Shown here: positions 8,427 through 16,567 of the stretch, piece after piece
Numbering within the stretch: position 1 is the stretch's first letter
Layout of the letters: each line of letters starts with the position of its first letter
Origin: Bacillota bacterium
GTDB taxonomy: Bacteria > Bacillota > Clostridia > Saccharofermentanales > DTU023
Length of the DNA stretch: 64,000 bases
Assembly (NCBI GenBank): GCA_023622515.1
Contig: JAMNZB010000030.1
Coordinates: forward strand, 414 to 64,413
Reading direction: 5' to 3'
Notes under the pieces: generated by a model
What the model was told of the DNA's origin: nothing
What the model saw: only the letters and a program-made list of their open reading frames with translations
Database searches by the model: none
Program-made: the position numbers and the translations under genes

Positions 8427-9620
8427 ATGAAAAAAGAGGATAAGAAATATTCAGACGCATCAGAATTATTGTACTGCGGAAAGACATTCGATTGGATGGA
8501 GATTGAACCGGAGGCAGCCCCGCTCTTTGCCAGTACTGCGTTTGTAATGAGAAATTTTCCTGATGTCCACGAGGCATACAAGCAAGGATACACCTACATA
8601 AGAAAAAATAATCCCAACCGTGATTCATTGGCTTCTCTGGTGAATTATTTGGAAGAGAGCGAAGACACGCTAATCTTTTCATCCGGTATGGGAGCCATCA
8701 CAACCACGGTACTAAGCCTTTTAAAATCAGGCGATCACATTATCTGCAACAGGAATATCTATGGCGAGACCTTCGATTTATTCATGGAACTCTTACCCAA
8801 ATTCGGTATAGAAACTTCTATGGTTGACTTTGATAATCCGGATAATGTGCGCAATGAATTGAAAGCCGAAACAAAGCTCATCTATTCAGAAGTTCTCGCT
8901 AATCCGACGCTGAATATCGCGGATATAGAAGAGCTCGCTAAAATCGCCAAGTCTCAAAATGCCCTGCTTATGATTGATAATACTTTTACCACTCCAATAG
9001 CGATAAAGCCTATCAAACACGGCGCAGATATTGTTATTAACAGTTTAACCAAATTTATGAGCGGTCACAGCGATGCTATAGCCGGCTCAATAAGCGCCTC
9101 AAAAGAGATAACAGATAAAATCAGAACGGTAAGAATGCTGGTCGGAACTTCCGGAGACCCCGTAGCCTCTTGGATGATGTTAAAGGGCATGCAGACGGTT
9201 GACTTGAGACTTAGAAAACAAATGAAAAATGCAGCCATACTGGCCCAGTTTTTTGAAAGTCATAAACACGTCAGTAAAGTGAATCACCCCAGCCTGGAAA
9301 GCTTTGCCCAACATGAACTGGCCTTGAAGATTTTCAGAACTAAAGAAGAGATATCGGGTATGCTCAGTATCATCGTCCCCGAAGACGAAGAGAAAATTAA
9401 TGAATTCATGAAAAAACTCCACTTTGCCCACTATGCCCCGACTTTAGGTGGACTGCGGACCTCTTACCAGCATCCGGTTACTTCCTCTCACAGCCATATG
9501 CCGGACAAGGATAGGCGGAAAATGGGTATAACCCCCGGCATGCTCAGAATATCGGTTGGAATAGAAGATGTTGAAGACCTAATGCAAGATTTCGAACAGG
9601 CCTTGTCTGTTTTTGACTGA
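8427..9620 (+). CDS. Cys/Met-metabolism PLP-dependent enzyme (cystathionine gamma-synthase / methionine gamma-lyase family)
   Basis: Family pattern with the PLP-lysine motif NSLTKFMSGHSD and C-terminal ..LRISVGIEDVEDL... I chose ATG 8427 (GAAAGGAAAG SD) over the track's TTG 8397. Confidence 0.85.
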   Translation: MKKEDKKYSDASELLYCGKTFDWMEIEPEAAPLFASTAFVMRNFPDVHEAYKQGYTYIRKNNPNRDSLASLVNYLEESEDTLIFSSGMGAITTTVLSLLKSGDHIICNRNIYGETFDLFMELLPKFGIETSMVDFDNPDNVRNELKAETKLIYSEVLANPTLNIADIEELAKIAKSQNALLMIDNTFTTPIAIKPIKHGADIVINSLTKFMSGHSDAIAGSISASKEITDKIRTVRMLVGTSGDPVASWMMLKGMQTVDLRLRKQMKNAAILAQFFESHKHVSKVNHPSLESFAQHELALKIFRTKEEISGMLSIIVPEDEEKINEFMKKLHFAHYAPTLGGLRTSYQHPVTSSHSHMPDKDRRKMGITPGMLRISVGIEDVEDLMQDFEQALSVFD

Positions 9621-9661
9621 TTTACTCATTAGACCTGGCATATAGCTATCGCCATACACAA

Positions 9662-9700
9662 AGTCATTTTCCTAACCCTTTTAGGAAAATGACTTTTTAA
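9662..9700 (+). terminator. intrinsic terminator
   Basis: AGTCATTTTCCTAA / TTAGGAAAATGACT stem followed by TTTTAA. Confidence 0.8.
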
Positions 9701-9836
9701 ATTAAAACTGTATCTTTATTAATAGTTACTCTCCATTAATCTATTATTGCACAAGCAAACGCTCCCTTCCTGCCCCCTTCTGTGGATTGTTTTCGCAGTA
9801 TTATTTTGGAATACCACTTTTTTACAGCATCTTGTC

Positions 9837-9865
9837 TTGACAATAAAAATCTATTAATATACAAT
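9837..9865 (+). promoter_or_regulatory. sigma-A type promoter candidate for the MerR gene
   Basis: TTGACA (9837-9842), 17 nt, TACAAT (9860-9865). Confidence 0.5.
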
Positions 9866-9940
9866 TCTCGTTAGTTCGGGCTAACTCTCTGGCGGTCAGC
9901 CAACAGTTATTTTCACTGTAAGTTAAAGGAAACGGATAGT

Positions 9941-10753
9941 GTGAAAAAATACTTATCCATTGGAAAAATTGCAAATATCGTGGGCCTTTCTGTCCAAACT
10001 ATCAGGTATTACTGTAATATCGGCTTGTTAAAGCCGGTTTATGTGAACCCCAATAACAACTATAGATATTTTGATGTTAAGCAGATTCAACTGATTGATA
10101 AAATTAAATATTTACAAAATCTCGGAATGAGTTTGCAGACGATCAAGCACATAATCTTGAACGAGGACGCAGATAGTTTGGTAAGCCATTTGAATATTGC
10201 CAAAAAGGAATGCACTAAAGAAATTAATAGGTTACAGGACGTCGCAGATAGTATTTCTTGGTACAAAAACTATATTTCATACCCCAACTGCCAGGAATCC
10301 GAAAGATGCTATTGCATCAAAAATATGGATCTACGCTATTTATTTGCAGTAGAGCACAAGAGTGGGGAAACAGATGAAGATTTATATGCCAAATTTTACA
10401 GGCTGAAAAACTCAGGACAATATAAGGACTTAAATTATCAAGGACAAATTTGCTATATCCTTGACTATGATAGCTTTATCAAAAATCAAATCCATCTCAT
10501 AAAGCTAGGAATGCCGGTAAAAGAGCCGCCTAAAAATCGTGAACATATTTTAAGAGTAGAAGAAGGAAAGTATTTATGTTTTCAACAGAATGATTTGTCC
10601 CAAGATTGGGATACAGCTTTTATCAGCTGTTTTTTCAAAAAAGCTTCCGAATATATATTGGCCTTCGAGTTTAGGAAAAGTTTTCATAATCCCAATGATT
10701 CCATTTATGAGTTTCAAATTCATATCAACGGAACGGAAGAAGGCAGCTTATAA
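9941..10753 (+). CDS. MerR family transcriptional regulator with a C-terminal effector-binding (GyrI/BmrR-like) domain
   Basis: N-terminal MerR HTH (YLSIGKIANIVGLSVQTIRYYCNIGLLKP), a coiled-coil linker and a ~150-aa C-terminal domain. GTG start after AAAGGAAAC. Confidence 0.85.
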   Translation: MKKYLSIGKIANIVGLSVQTIRYYCNIGLLKPVYVNPNNNYRYFDVKQIQLIDKIKYLQNLGMSLQTIKHIILNEDADSLVSHLNIAKKECTKEINRLQDVADSISWYKNYISYPNCQESERCYCIKNMDLRYLFAVEHKSGETDEDLYAKFYRLKNSGQYKDLNYQGQICYILDYDSFIKNQIHLIKLGMPVKEPPKNREHILRVEEGKYLCFQQNDLSQDWDTAFISCFFKKASEYILAFEFRKSFHNPNDSIYEFQIHINGTEEGSL

Positions 10754-11026
10754 AGATTATCTATAAGTGACCCTCCCCTTCCCTGATATCTTGAACTCAG
10801 CGGAAATCACTAGCTTTGAGATTGCAGGTGATATCTTTCCGGTCCAATGAGTTCTTACCGGAACAACTCTTACCAAGGAGACTGACCTTTTCCTGCTTAG
10901 CCTCCTCTTTTCTTCACCGCCTGCTCGGCCACCTTTTTACTTACCAGGTCACACACAAAAGCAAGGCTGTAGAGTCAGAAAATCAGCTTTCGTTTCCTCT
11001 TTCCACTTCCAGTGCTTAGGCCGCTC

Positions 11027-12478
11027 TTAAGGCCGGTTGACCACACCGACAAAGAGGGGGACACCATCGTGACCCTGGACCACAAAAAGGAAGGGCCGGT
11101 CCAGGAAAAAGTCAACCGTTTCCTCCGGCGGCATACCCGCCCCAAGAAGCATGAGTGTGTAGGCGGCTCCGGTAACACCGTCTTCGTCGACCATGACCCG
11201 GGCGGCATGCTTAGCACCGGAAAGGTAGACTTGCGCGTCCTCAGAAGTGGGAGAAAAGTCGGCTGCAGCAGTGAAAACCTTATGGACTCCCAGCTCTTGC
11301 AGGGCCTTCCCCAAGGCTATTTCACTCATGACATCAAATTTAGGCAGTTTGAAATTCACAGTCAGAAACTTTTGCTGCTCATAGGCCAAACAGTCCTCTA
11401 AGAGGGCATCCACTTGGGGGTTAGCCAATAATTCTTCCGGCCGGACACCCTCATCAGGCAGGAAAAACCACATGTTTCCGGCATAGGTCAAGCCTTTACT
11501 TATGGCGGCAAAATTGTCTCCCCAGTAGTAGCTATTGGGACGAGACTCAGACATGAAGCCCGTTTCCACAGGACCGGCAGACGAATGAAAAGTGCCCGGG
11601 GCCGTATCCCTCTTGCTAAATTCACTGTCCCACTTAGCTCGGAAGAGGATGGTAGAGGCCAGGGCCATTAAGCTGTTCTCATCGAAAGCTGCGCTGTCGA
11701 CGCTGGACTCCAAGAGATTATCGGTCTGTTCGTTCAGCCACTCCTGCAGCCGGTCTGTCATGGCCGCACTGCCCATATCCCCTTGGAAAGCAGATGCTTT
11801 GTAAGTGTCTTGCAGAATCTGCAGGGTCTCTTTCTTAATGGAGAGGCCGTGATGAAACCAGACCGAGTTGGCTAGGAGGCTTGTCGTAAAGCCGTCGTTC
11901 ATATAGTGGGCCTGCCAAAGAGAATGGGCCTTGGCCCGCAGCTCCTCAATCGTGTCAACACCGACCACCCCTAAGACTTCTTCCCGTGTAGCACCGGCAG
12001 TCATTTCCGCCAAGAGACTCAGGGCCATGTAGATGTTAAGGGGCGAATAAATGCGGTTTTCCTCATCATCAGCAAGAAGTAGGGGGTTGGCCTCACGGGC
12101 TAGGGCCATAACGCCTTCCTGGTAGCCCTGAGGCTGGTCGCGCAGCCTTCGTACATCAGAGTTCCAGAGCTTATAGGCCTTATTGTAGACCTCGTGGTCC
12201 ACATTTGAACAGCCCAGCAAATCTTCTTCATGGGGATGGTCATGCATAGCAGGGTACTCAGGTGCAGCAAGTGTCTTTACACTTGATGCGGCAACGCCCC
12301 TTGACCAAGCCAGACTCGGAATGAAGAGGACTCCGGTCAGTATGAGGGTCAGAACAACCAGCCCGGCTCCAAGCCTCTGCCGGAAAGAGGGCTTCTTTTT
12401 CCGTCCTAGCGGCCCGGACTCTGTAATGGGCTTGCCATCCGGTTTTCTCATAGCATCTCGTAAGTCTTTAAGTTTCAT
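11027..12478 (-). CDS. serpin (I4 family serine protease inhibitor), N-terminally membrane anchored
   Basis: Serpin core motifs (..YSPLNIYMALSLLAEM.., ..STILFRAKWDSEF.., hinge/RCL ..VDEDGVTGAAYT.., C-terminal ..FLDRPFLFVV....PLFVGVVNRP). TM segment LGAGLVVLTLILTGVLFI near the N-terminus. AAGGAGGG SD. Confidence 0.9.
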   Translation of the reverse strand: MKLKDLRDAMRKPDGKPITESGPLGRKKKPSFRQRLGAGLVVLTLILTGVLFIPSLAWSRGVAASSVKTLAAPEYPAMHDHPHEEDLLGCSNVDHEVYNKAYKLWNSDVRRLRDQPQGYQEGVMALAREANPLLLADDEENRIYSPLNIYMALSLLAEMTAGATREEVLGVVGVDTIEELRAKAHSLWQAHYMNDGFTTSLLANSVWFHHGLSIKKETLQILQDTYKASAFQGDMGSAAMTDRLQEWLNEQTDNLLESSVDSAAFDENSLMALASTILFRAKWDSEFSKRDTAPGTFHSSAGPVETGFMSESRPNSYYWGDNFAAISKGLTYAGNMWFFLPDEGVRPEELLANPQVDALLEDCLAYEQQKFLTVNFKLPKFDVMSEIALGKALQELGVHKVFTAAADFSPTSEDAQVYLSGAKHAARVMVDEDGVTGAAYTLMLLGAGMPPEETVDFFLDRPFLFVVQGHDGVPLFVGVVNRP

Positions 12479-12511
12479 AAAATCAACCCTCCTTAATGAA
12501 TTTTCCTCTTC

Positions 12512-12997
12512 TTATACCAGTGTGGGATAGCCTTGCTGGCGCAAGACTTCATAAATAAGGATAGCTGCGGAATTGGATAAGTTTAAGCTCCTCTTATAAT
12601 CCCGCATAGGAATGCGGAGCCCCCGTTCCGGGTGCGCCTTAATAAAGTCCTCCGGCAGCCCTTTTGTTTCTTTTCCAAAGACTAAAATACTCGGCTTGGA
12701 AATTACAAGTGTGCCCAGGTCCTTTTCGGCCTTGGTGGTCGCATAATAAATCTGGTAGTTCTCTTTAACTTCTTCTAAAAAGGCTTGATAGGTCTCAAGG
12801 CTGGGCCAGCTACGTATATTTAAGGCCGGCCAGTAGTCAAGACCGGCTCGTTTTAAGTATTTATCTTCCAGAGAAAAGCCTAAGGGCTCTATAAGGTGGA
12901 GTTCGGTTCCCGTCAAAACACAAGTTCTGGCAATATTCCCTGTATTCGATGGAATTTCCGGCTCAACTAAGGCGATAATATTCTTGTTCTCTTGCAT
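12512..12997 (-). CDS. trmL: tRNA (cytidine/uridine-34 2'-O)-methyltransferase (SpoU/TrmL type)
   Basis: 161 aa with the TrmL pattern (..LVEPEIPSNTGNIARTC.., ..LVFGKETKGLP.., ..IPM....RSLNLSNSAAI..YE..RQ). Confidence 0.9.
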   Translation of the reverse strand: MQENKNIIALVEPEIPSNTGNIARTCVLTGTELHLIEPLGFSLEDKYLKRAGLDYWPALNIRSWPSLETYQAFLEEVKENYQIYYATTKAEKDLGTLVISKPSILVFGKETKGLPEDFIKAHPERGLRIPMRDYKRSLNLSNSAAILIYEVLRQQGYPTLV

Positions 12998-13267
12998 GCT
13001 TCCCCCTTCAGATAGCTTTTAGGCATTTACAACTTGTATTGTACTACTCCTGAGACATTTTTGCCCCTAGCCTTTATTGTATTATCCCCTAAATCTCTAT
13101 CGCCTCCTCTAAAACAAAAGCCCCCTTTTTGGCTGCTAAGAAAGAAAGGATTCCTGCCCGCTAGCGCAACTTTACAAGGAGAGGCTTGACATATTTTTTG
13201 GGGAGTAGCATACTCACCTTTAGTTAGTTTTGACTCACTTAACTTCAGTTTGTTTTTATTCAATTAT

Positions 13268-13298
13268 ATAAGTACTATGAGCAAGTGTTAGTACTTAT
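13268..13298. promoter_or_regulatory. 10-bp perfect inverted repeat upstream of feoA (operator or leader hairpin candidate)
   Basis: ATAAGTACTA (13268-13277), 11 nt, TAGTACTTAT (13289-13298), 40 nt before the feoA ATG. Confidence 0.35.
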
Positions 13299-13337
13299 TG
13301 CTTGAACAATATCTCGCTGTTAGGAAAGGACATGGAC

Positions 13338-13559
13338 ATGAAAACTATTTACAACATGAAGCCCGGCGAAGTTTGTCAGGTAGTGAAAATTCATTCCTCC
13401 GGCCCTCTAAAACGCAGGTTTAATGACATGGGCCTGATTTGCGGAGCAGAGGTGGAGTTTATAAAAACAGCCCCTCTTGGAGACCCCCTGCAAATCAAGG
13501 TAAAAGATACCAACCTGGCTATCCGTATCGAGAATGCCGAGCAAATTGAAGTAAAGTAA
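13338..13559 (+). CDS. feoA: ferrous iron transport protein A
   Basis: 73-aa FeoA/SH3-like pattern (MKPGEVCQVVKI......RRFNDMGLICGAEVEFIKTAPLGDPLQIKV). I chose ATG 13338, 7 nt after AGGAAAGGA. Confidence 0.85.
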   Translation: MKTIYNMKPGEVCQVVKIHSSGPLKRRFNDMGLICGAEVEFIKTAPLGDPLQIKVKDTNLAIRIENAEQIEVK

Positions 13560-13651
13560 AAGATTGAAGCGCAATCAATCGAGTCAAACAAAATTAAGAT
13601 TTAATTGCTATTAGGGATAGCAAGCAAATTAAGAGAGAAGATATACCTAAT

Positions 13652-15865
13652 ATGAGTGTGCAAATTGCCTTATGCGGCAACCCCAATAGTGGGAAAACAA
13701 CTTTGTTTAATGATTTGACCGGGGCTTCCCAGTATGTTGGCAACTGGCCGGGGGTAACAGTAGAAAAAAAGACGGGGATAATTAAGGGGAATAAGGACCT
13801 CTCTATCACCGACCTGCCCGGAATTTATTCACTTTCGCCTTACTCTTTAGAAGAACGTATTGCCCGCGACTTTCTTTTGGAAGAAACGCCGGATTTGATT
13901 ATTAATATTGTTGACGCTTCTAACCTGGAGCGAAACTTGTACCTAACCACCCAACTCATCGAACTTGGCTTGCCCATGATTGTCGCCCTGAATATGATGG
14001 ATGTTGTGGAAAAACAAAAGAGCAAGCTGGATAGCCAAAAGCTTGAATCTTTGCTAGCTGTCCCCGTTGTAGAAATTGTAGCCCTCCGCGGCCAAGGGAG
14101 CGACAAACTTGTTGAAACTATTCAGAAACTTTCAGGAGAGCTGGCTCCTGCAAGGAAATCCTCATCCCTTCAGCATTCTGACTTAGCCTTGCATAGACTT
14201 GCGATGAGTAGCCCGAAAACCTGTTTAGCCCATCCCTTGATTTTTGATGATGCTGTTGAAGCTGTTCTCAGCGAAATCGAAATAGAATTAGAAGAGAAAG
14301 ATCGCCCCTCTCTTTACGAGAAAGTAAGTAGCCGCTGGATTAGTGTCAAGCTTTTTGAAAAAGATGAGCTCGTCCTGGCCGATATCGGTCTGTCCGACCC
14401 TTTAAAAGAAAAAATTAAGGCTCTGGAAGAGGAAGAGCAAGATGATAGCCAGAGCATTATTTCCGGAGCCCGCTATTGCTCAATCGGCAACTTGCAAAGG
14501 GAAGTTTTGACCACAAGCCAAAAGAAGGGGCCAAGCTTCTCTGACCGAATCGACAATATTGTCACCAATAAATGGCTGGCCTTCCCCATCTTCTTTCTTG
14601 TCATCTTCCTTGTCTATTATATCTCGGTCAGTACCGTTGGTACTTTGGTTACCAACTGGACAAATGATGTCTTTGTGGGTGAAATGATTCAAGGCAATGC
14701 AGTCCGCTTCATGGAAGACCACGGGGTTTCCGACTTCCTTACAGGCCTTGTTGGTGACGGTATTATTGGCGGGGTTGGTGCCGTTCTTGGCTTTTTACCA
14801 CAAATCACCATTCTTTTTCTCATGCTGGGTTTCCTGGAAGAAACGGGCTATATGGCCAGAATCGCCTTTATTCTCGACCGCGTTTTCAGGCACTTCGGCT
14901 TATCCGGAAAATCCTTTATTCCCATGCTTATCGGTACAGGTTGTTCCGTCCCGGGCATTATGGCAGCACGGACCATTGAAAATGAGAATGACCGCCGGAT
15001 GACCGCCATTACGACTTCTTTTATTCCTTGCGGGGCCAAACTACCTATTATCGGCCTCTTTGCCGGGGCTGTCATTGACAATGGCTGGTGGGTAGGTCCC
15101 TTCGCCTACTTTTTGGGAATTTTCGCCGTCCTCTTTTCCGGTATTGTCTTAAAGAAAACAAAAGGTTTTGCAGGAGATCCTACGCCTTTTGTTATGGAAT
15201 TACCGGCCTATCGTTTGCCCACCTTGAAAAACCTCTTTATGATTACCTGGGAGCGGGTCTTTTCCTTCATTAAAAAAGCCGGCTCAATCATCCTTCTTTC
15301 CAGTATTATCATCTGGTTTCTCCAGGCCTATGGCTGGAAGCAAGGCATCACCGCCATCAGTGATGTGGACCAAAGTTTTTTGGCCAAGATAGGAAACCTC
15401 TTTGCCTGGCTCTTTCTTCCTCTTGGCTTCGGCAACTGGCAGGCAGCAGTTGCCACCATCACCGGTTTAGTGGCCAAGGAAAATATTGCCAGCACCTTCG
15501 GCATCCTCTTCGGTTTGAGTTCCGATGCCTTAGAACTTGTTGAAGCCGGCGAATGGGCAGAACTATCCTTAATTTCAGACCATTTCTCTTCCCTCTCCGG
15601 CCTGTCCTTCTTGATTTTCAACCTAATCTGCATCCCCTGCTTTGCCGCCGTTGGCGCCATGCACCGGGAGCTGGTTTCAGCCAGGTGGACCATCTTCGGC
15701 ATTTCCTATCAAATGGCTCTTGCCTACTCCATGTCACTAATCACCTACCAATTCGGCCTGGTCTTTAGCGGGGCCGCTTTTAGTATCAGCACCCTGTTTG
15801 CCCTGGCCCTTCTTCTGGTATGGCTTTATTTACTCTTCAGAAAATCCGCTAACCGGCAAATATAA
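13652..15865 (+). CDS. feoB: ferrous iron transport protein B
   Basis: N-terminal GTPase (GNPNSGKTTLFN, DLPG, NMMD) followed by a polytopic membrane domain. 737 aa. Confidence 0.95.
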   Translation: MSVQIALCGNPNSGKTTLFNDLTGASQYVGNWPGVTVEKKTGIIKGNKDLSITDLPGIYSLSPYSLEERIARDFLLEETPDLIINIVDASNLERNLYLTTQLIELGLPMIVALNMMDVVEKQKSKLDSQKLESLLAVPVVEIVALRGQGSDKLVETIQKLSGELAPARKSSSLQHSDLALHRLAMSSPKTCLAHPLIFDDAVEAVLSEIEIELEEKDRPSLYEKVSSRWISVKLFEKDELVLADIGLSDPLKEKIKALEEEEQDDSQSIISGARYCSIGNLQREVLTTSQKKGPSFSDRIDNIVTNKWLAFPIFFLVIFLVYYISVSTVGTLVTNWTNDVFVGEMIQGNAVRFMEDHGVSDFLTGLVGDGIIGGVGAVLGFLPQITILFLMLGFLEETGYMARIAFILDRVFRHFGLSGKSFIPMLIGTGCSVPGIMAARTIENENDRRMTAITTSFIPCGAKLPIIGLFAGAVIDNGWWVGPFAYFLGIFAVLFSGIVLKKTKGFAGDPTPFVMELPAYRLPTLKNLFMITWERVFSFIKKAGSIILLSSIIIWFLQAYGWKQGITAISDVDQSFLAKIGNLFAWLFLPLGFGNWQAAVATITGLVAKENIASTFGILFGLSSDALELVEAGEWAELSLISDHFSSLSGLSFLIFNLICIPCFAAVGAMHRELVSARWTIFGISYQMALAYSMSLITYQFGLVFSGAAFSISTLFALALLLVWLYLLFRKSANRQI

Positions 15866-16020
15866 CCGGAGAATAAAATCGGCAAATAAAATAAACAAAT
15901 GTAACAACAAGGAGAATACATTTCCCCTATCATATAGCTGAGGCTGGAAGGCTGTCCCGCCAAATTAATCCTCTTAGACATATTTAGCTTAGCAGATAGG
16001 CTAGAAAGCAGGTGTCAACC

Positions 16021-16203
16021 ATGAAAGAATTTATGCCCATGTTTCTCCTCAGTGCCGGTGATATTTTTGTCGGCCTCCTTGTCCTGGCTCTTATTATTTT
16101 CGCCATTCGCAGCACTAAAAAGAAAAAAGCAAGCGGCGGCTGTGCCGGTTGCCCCTACGCCGGGAAATGTTCTTCTGAAAACGACTCTTGCCCCGGCAAG
16201 TGA
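16021..16203 (+). CDS. FeoB-associated Cys-rich small membrane protein
   Basis: One TM helix followed by a KKKK-GGCAGCPYAGKCSSENDSCPG tail, immediately after feoB. ATG 16021 lies 7 nt after AGGTG. Confidence 0.7.
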   Translation: MKEFMPMFLLSAGDIFVGLLVLALIIFAIRSTKKKKASGGCAGCPYAGKCSSENDSCPGK

Positions 16204-16240
16204 GGCTATAGCTAGGCTAGCCCGCTGAAATGCCACCTCC

Positions 16241-16363
16241 CTCTCTCGCGCGCGACACAGACCGGTCGTTGACTGCATCAACAACTATCTGCGCTCTCTC
16301 TCGCGAGCGCGCGACACAGACGCCAATACCCGGAGACTTGCGCAGGCTCTCTCTCGCTCTCTC
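16241..16363. repeat. GC-rich direct repeats (CTCTCTCGCG..GCGCGCGACACAGAC), two full copies plus a partial third
   Basis: Copy 1 at 16241-16262 and copy 2 at 16294-16321 share the 15-nt core GCGCGCGACACAGAC. A partial CTCTCTCTCGCTCTCTC lies at 16347-16363. Spacing is about 53-55 bp. Confidence 0.7.
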
Positions 16364-16379
16364 AATATAACTATTGAGA
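16360..16379. promoter_or_regulatory. palindrome TCTCAATA-TAAC-TATTGAGA (operator candidate)
   Basis: 8-bp perfect arms, about 90 bp upstream of the candidate promoter of the MMPL gene. Confidence 0.35.
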
Positions 16380-16465
16380 AAACTTAGTATTTGGGGAATA
16401 AGCGGCAGATTCTTGAGCAAACAAGACGAACTTCTCCACTTGCCAACAGCTTTCCGTCAAATGTC

Positions 16466-16495
16466 TTGGTTGCTTGAAGAAACTAGTGTTATAAT
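16466..16495 (+). promoter_or_regulatory. promoter candidate for the MMPL/RND transporter gene
   Basis: TTGGTT (16466-16471), 18 nt, TATAAT (16490-16495). Confidence 0.4.
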
Positions 16496-16567
16496 GGCAG
16501 ATACGAATAAATTAAACTACTTTTTAGATTAAGTTAAGCTTTTAACCAGAGGGAAAAGGGGAACACA

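Noticed and set aside
8028-8682. Track ORFs 8028..8300(-) and 8338..8682(-)
   Set aside because: They lie in AT-rich intergenic sequence or antisense to the PLP-enzyme gene, have no SD, and have low-complexity, unrecognisable products.
10816-11401. Track ORFs 10816..11019(+), 10975..11217(-) and 11012..11401(+)
   Set aside because: They are short, have no SD and no motifs, and overlap or lie antisense to the serpin gene 3' end. I treat them as non-coding or shadow ORFs.
16217-16420. 67-aa ORF with SRERA/SRARE repeats
   Set aside because: It is simply the translation of the GC-rich DNA repeats. It has no SD and no plausible fold.
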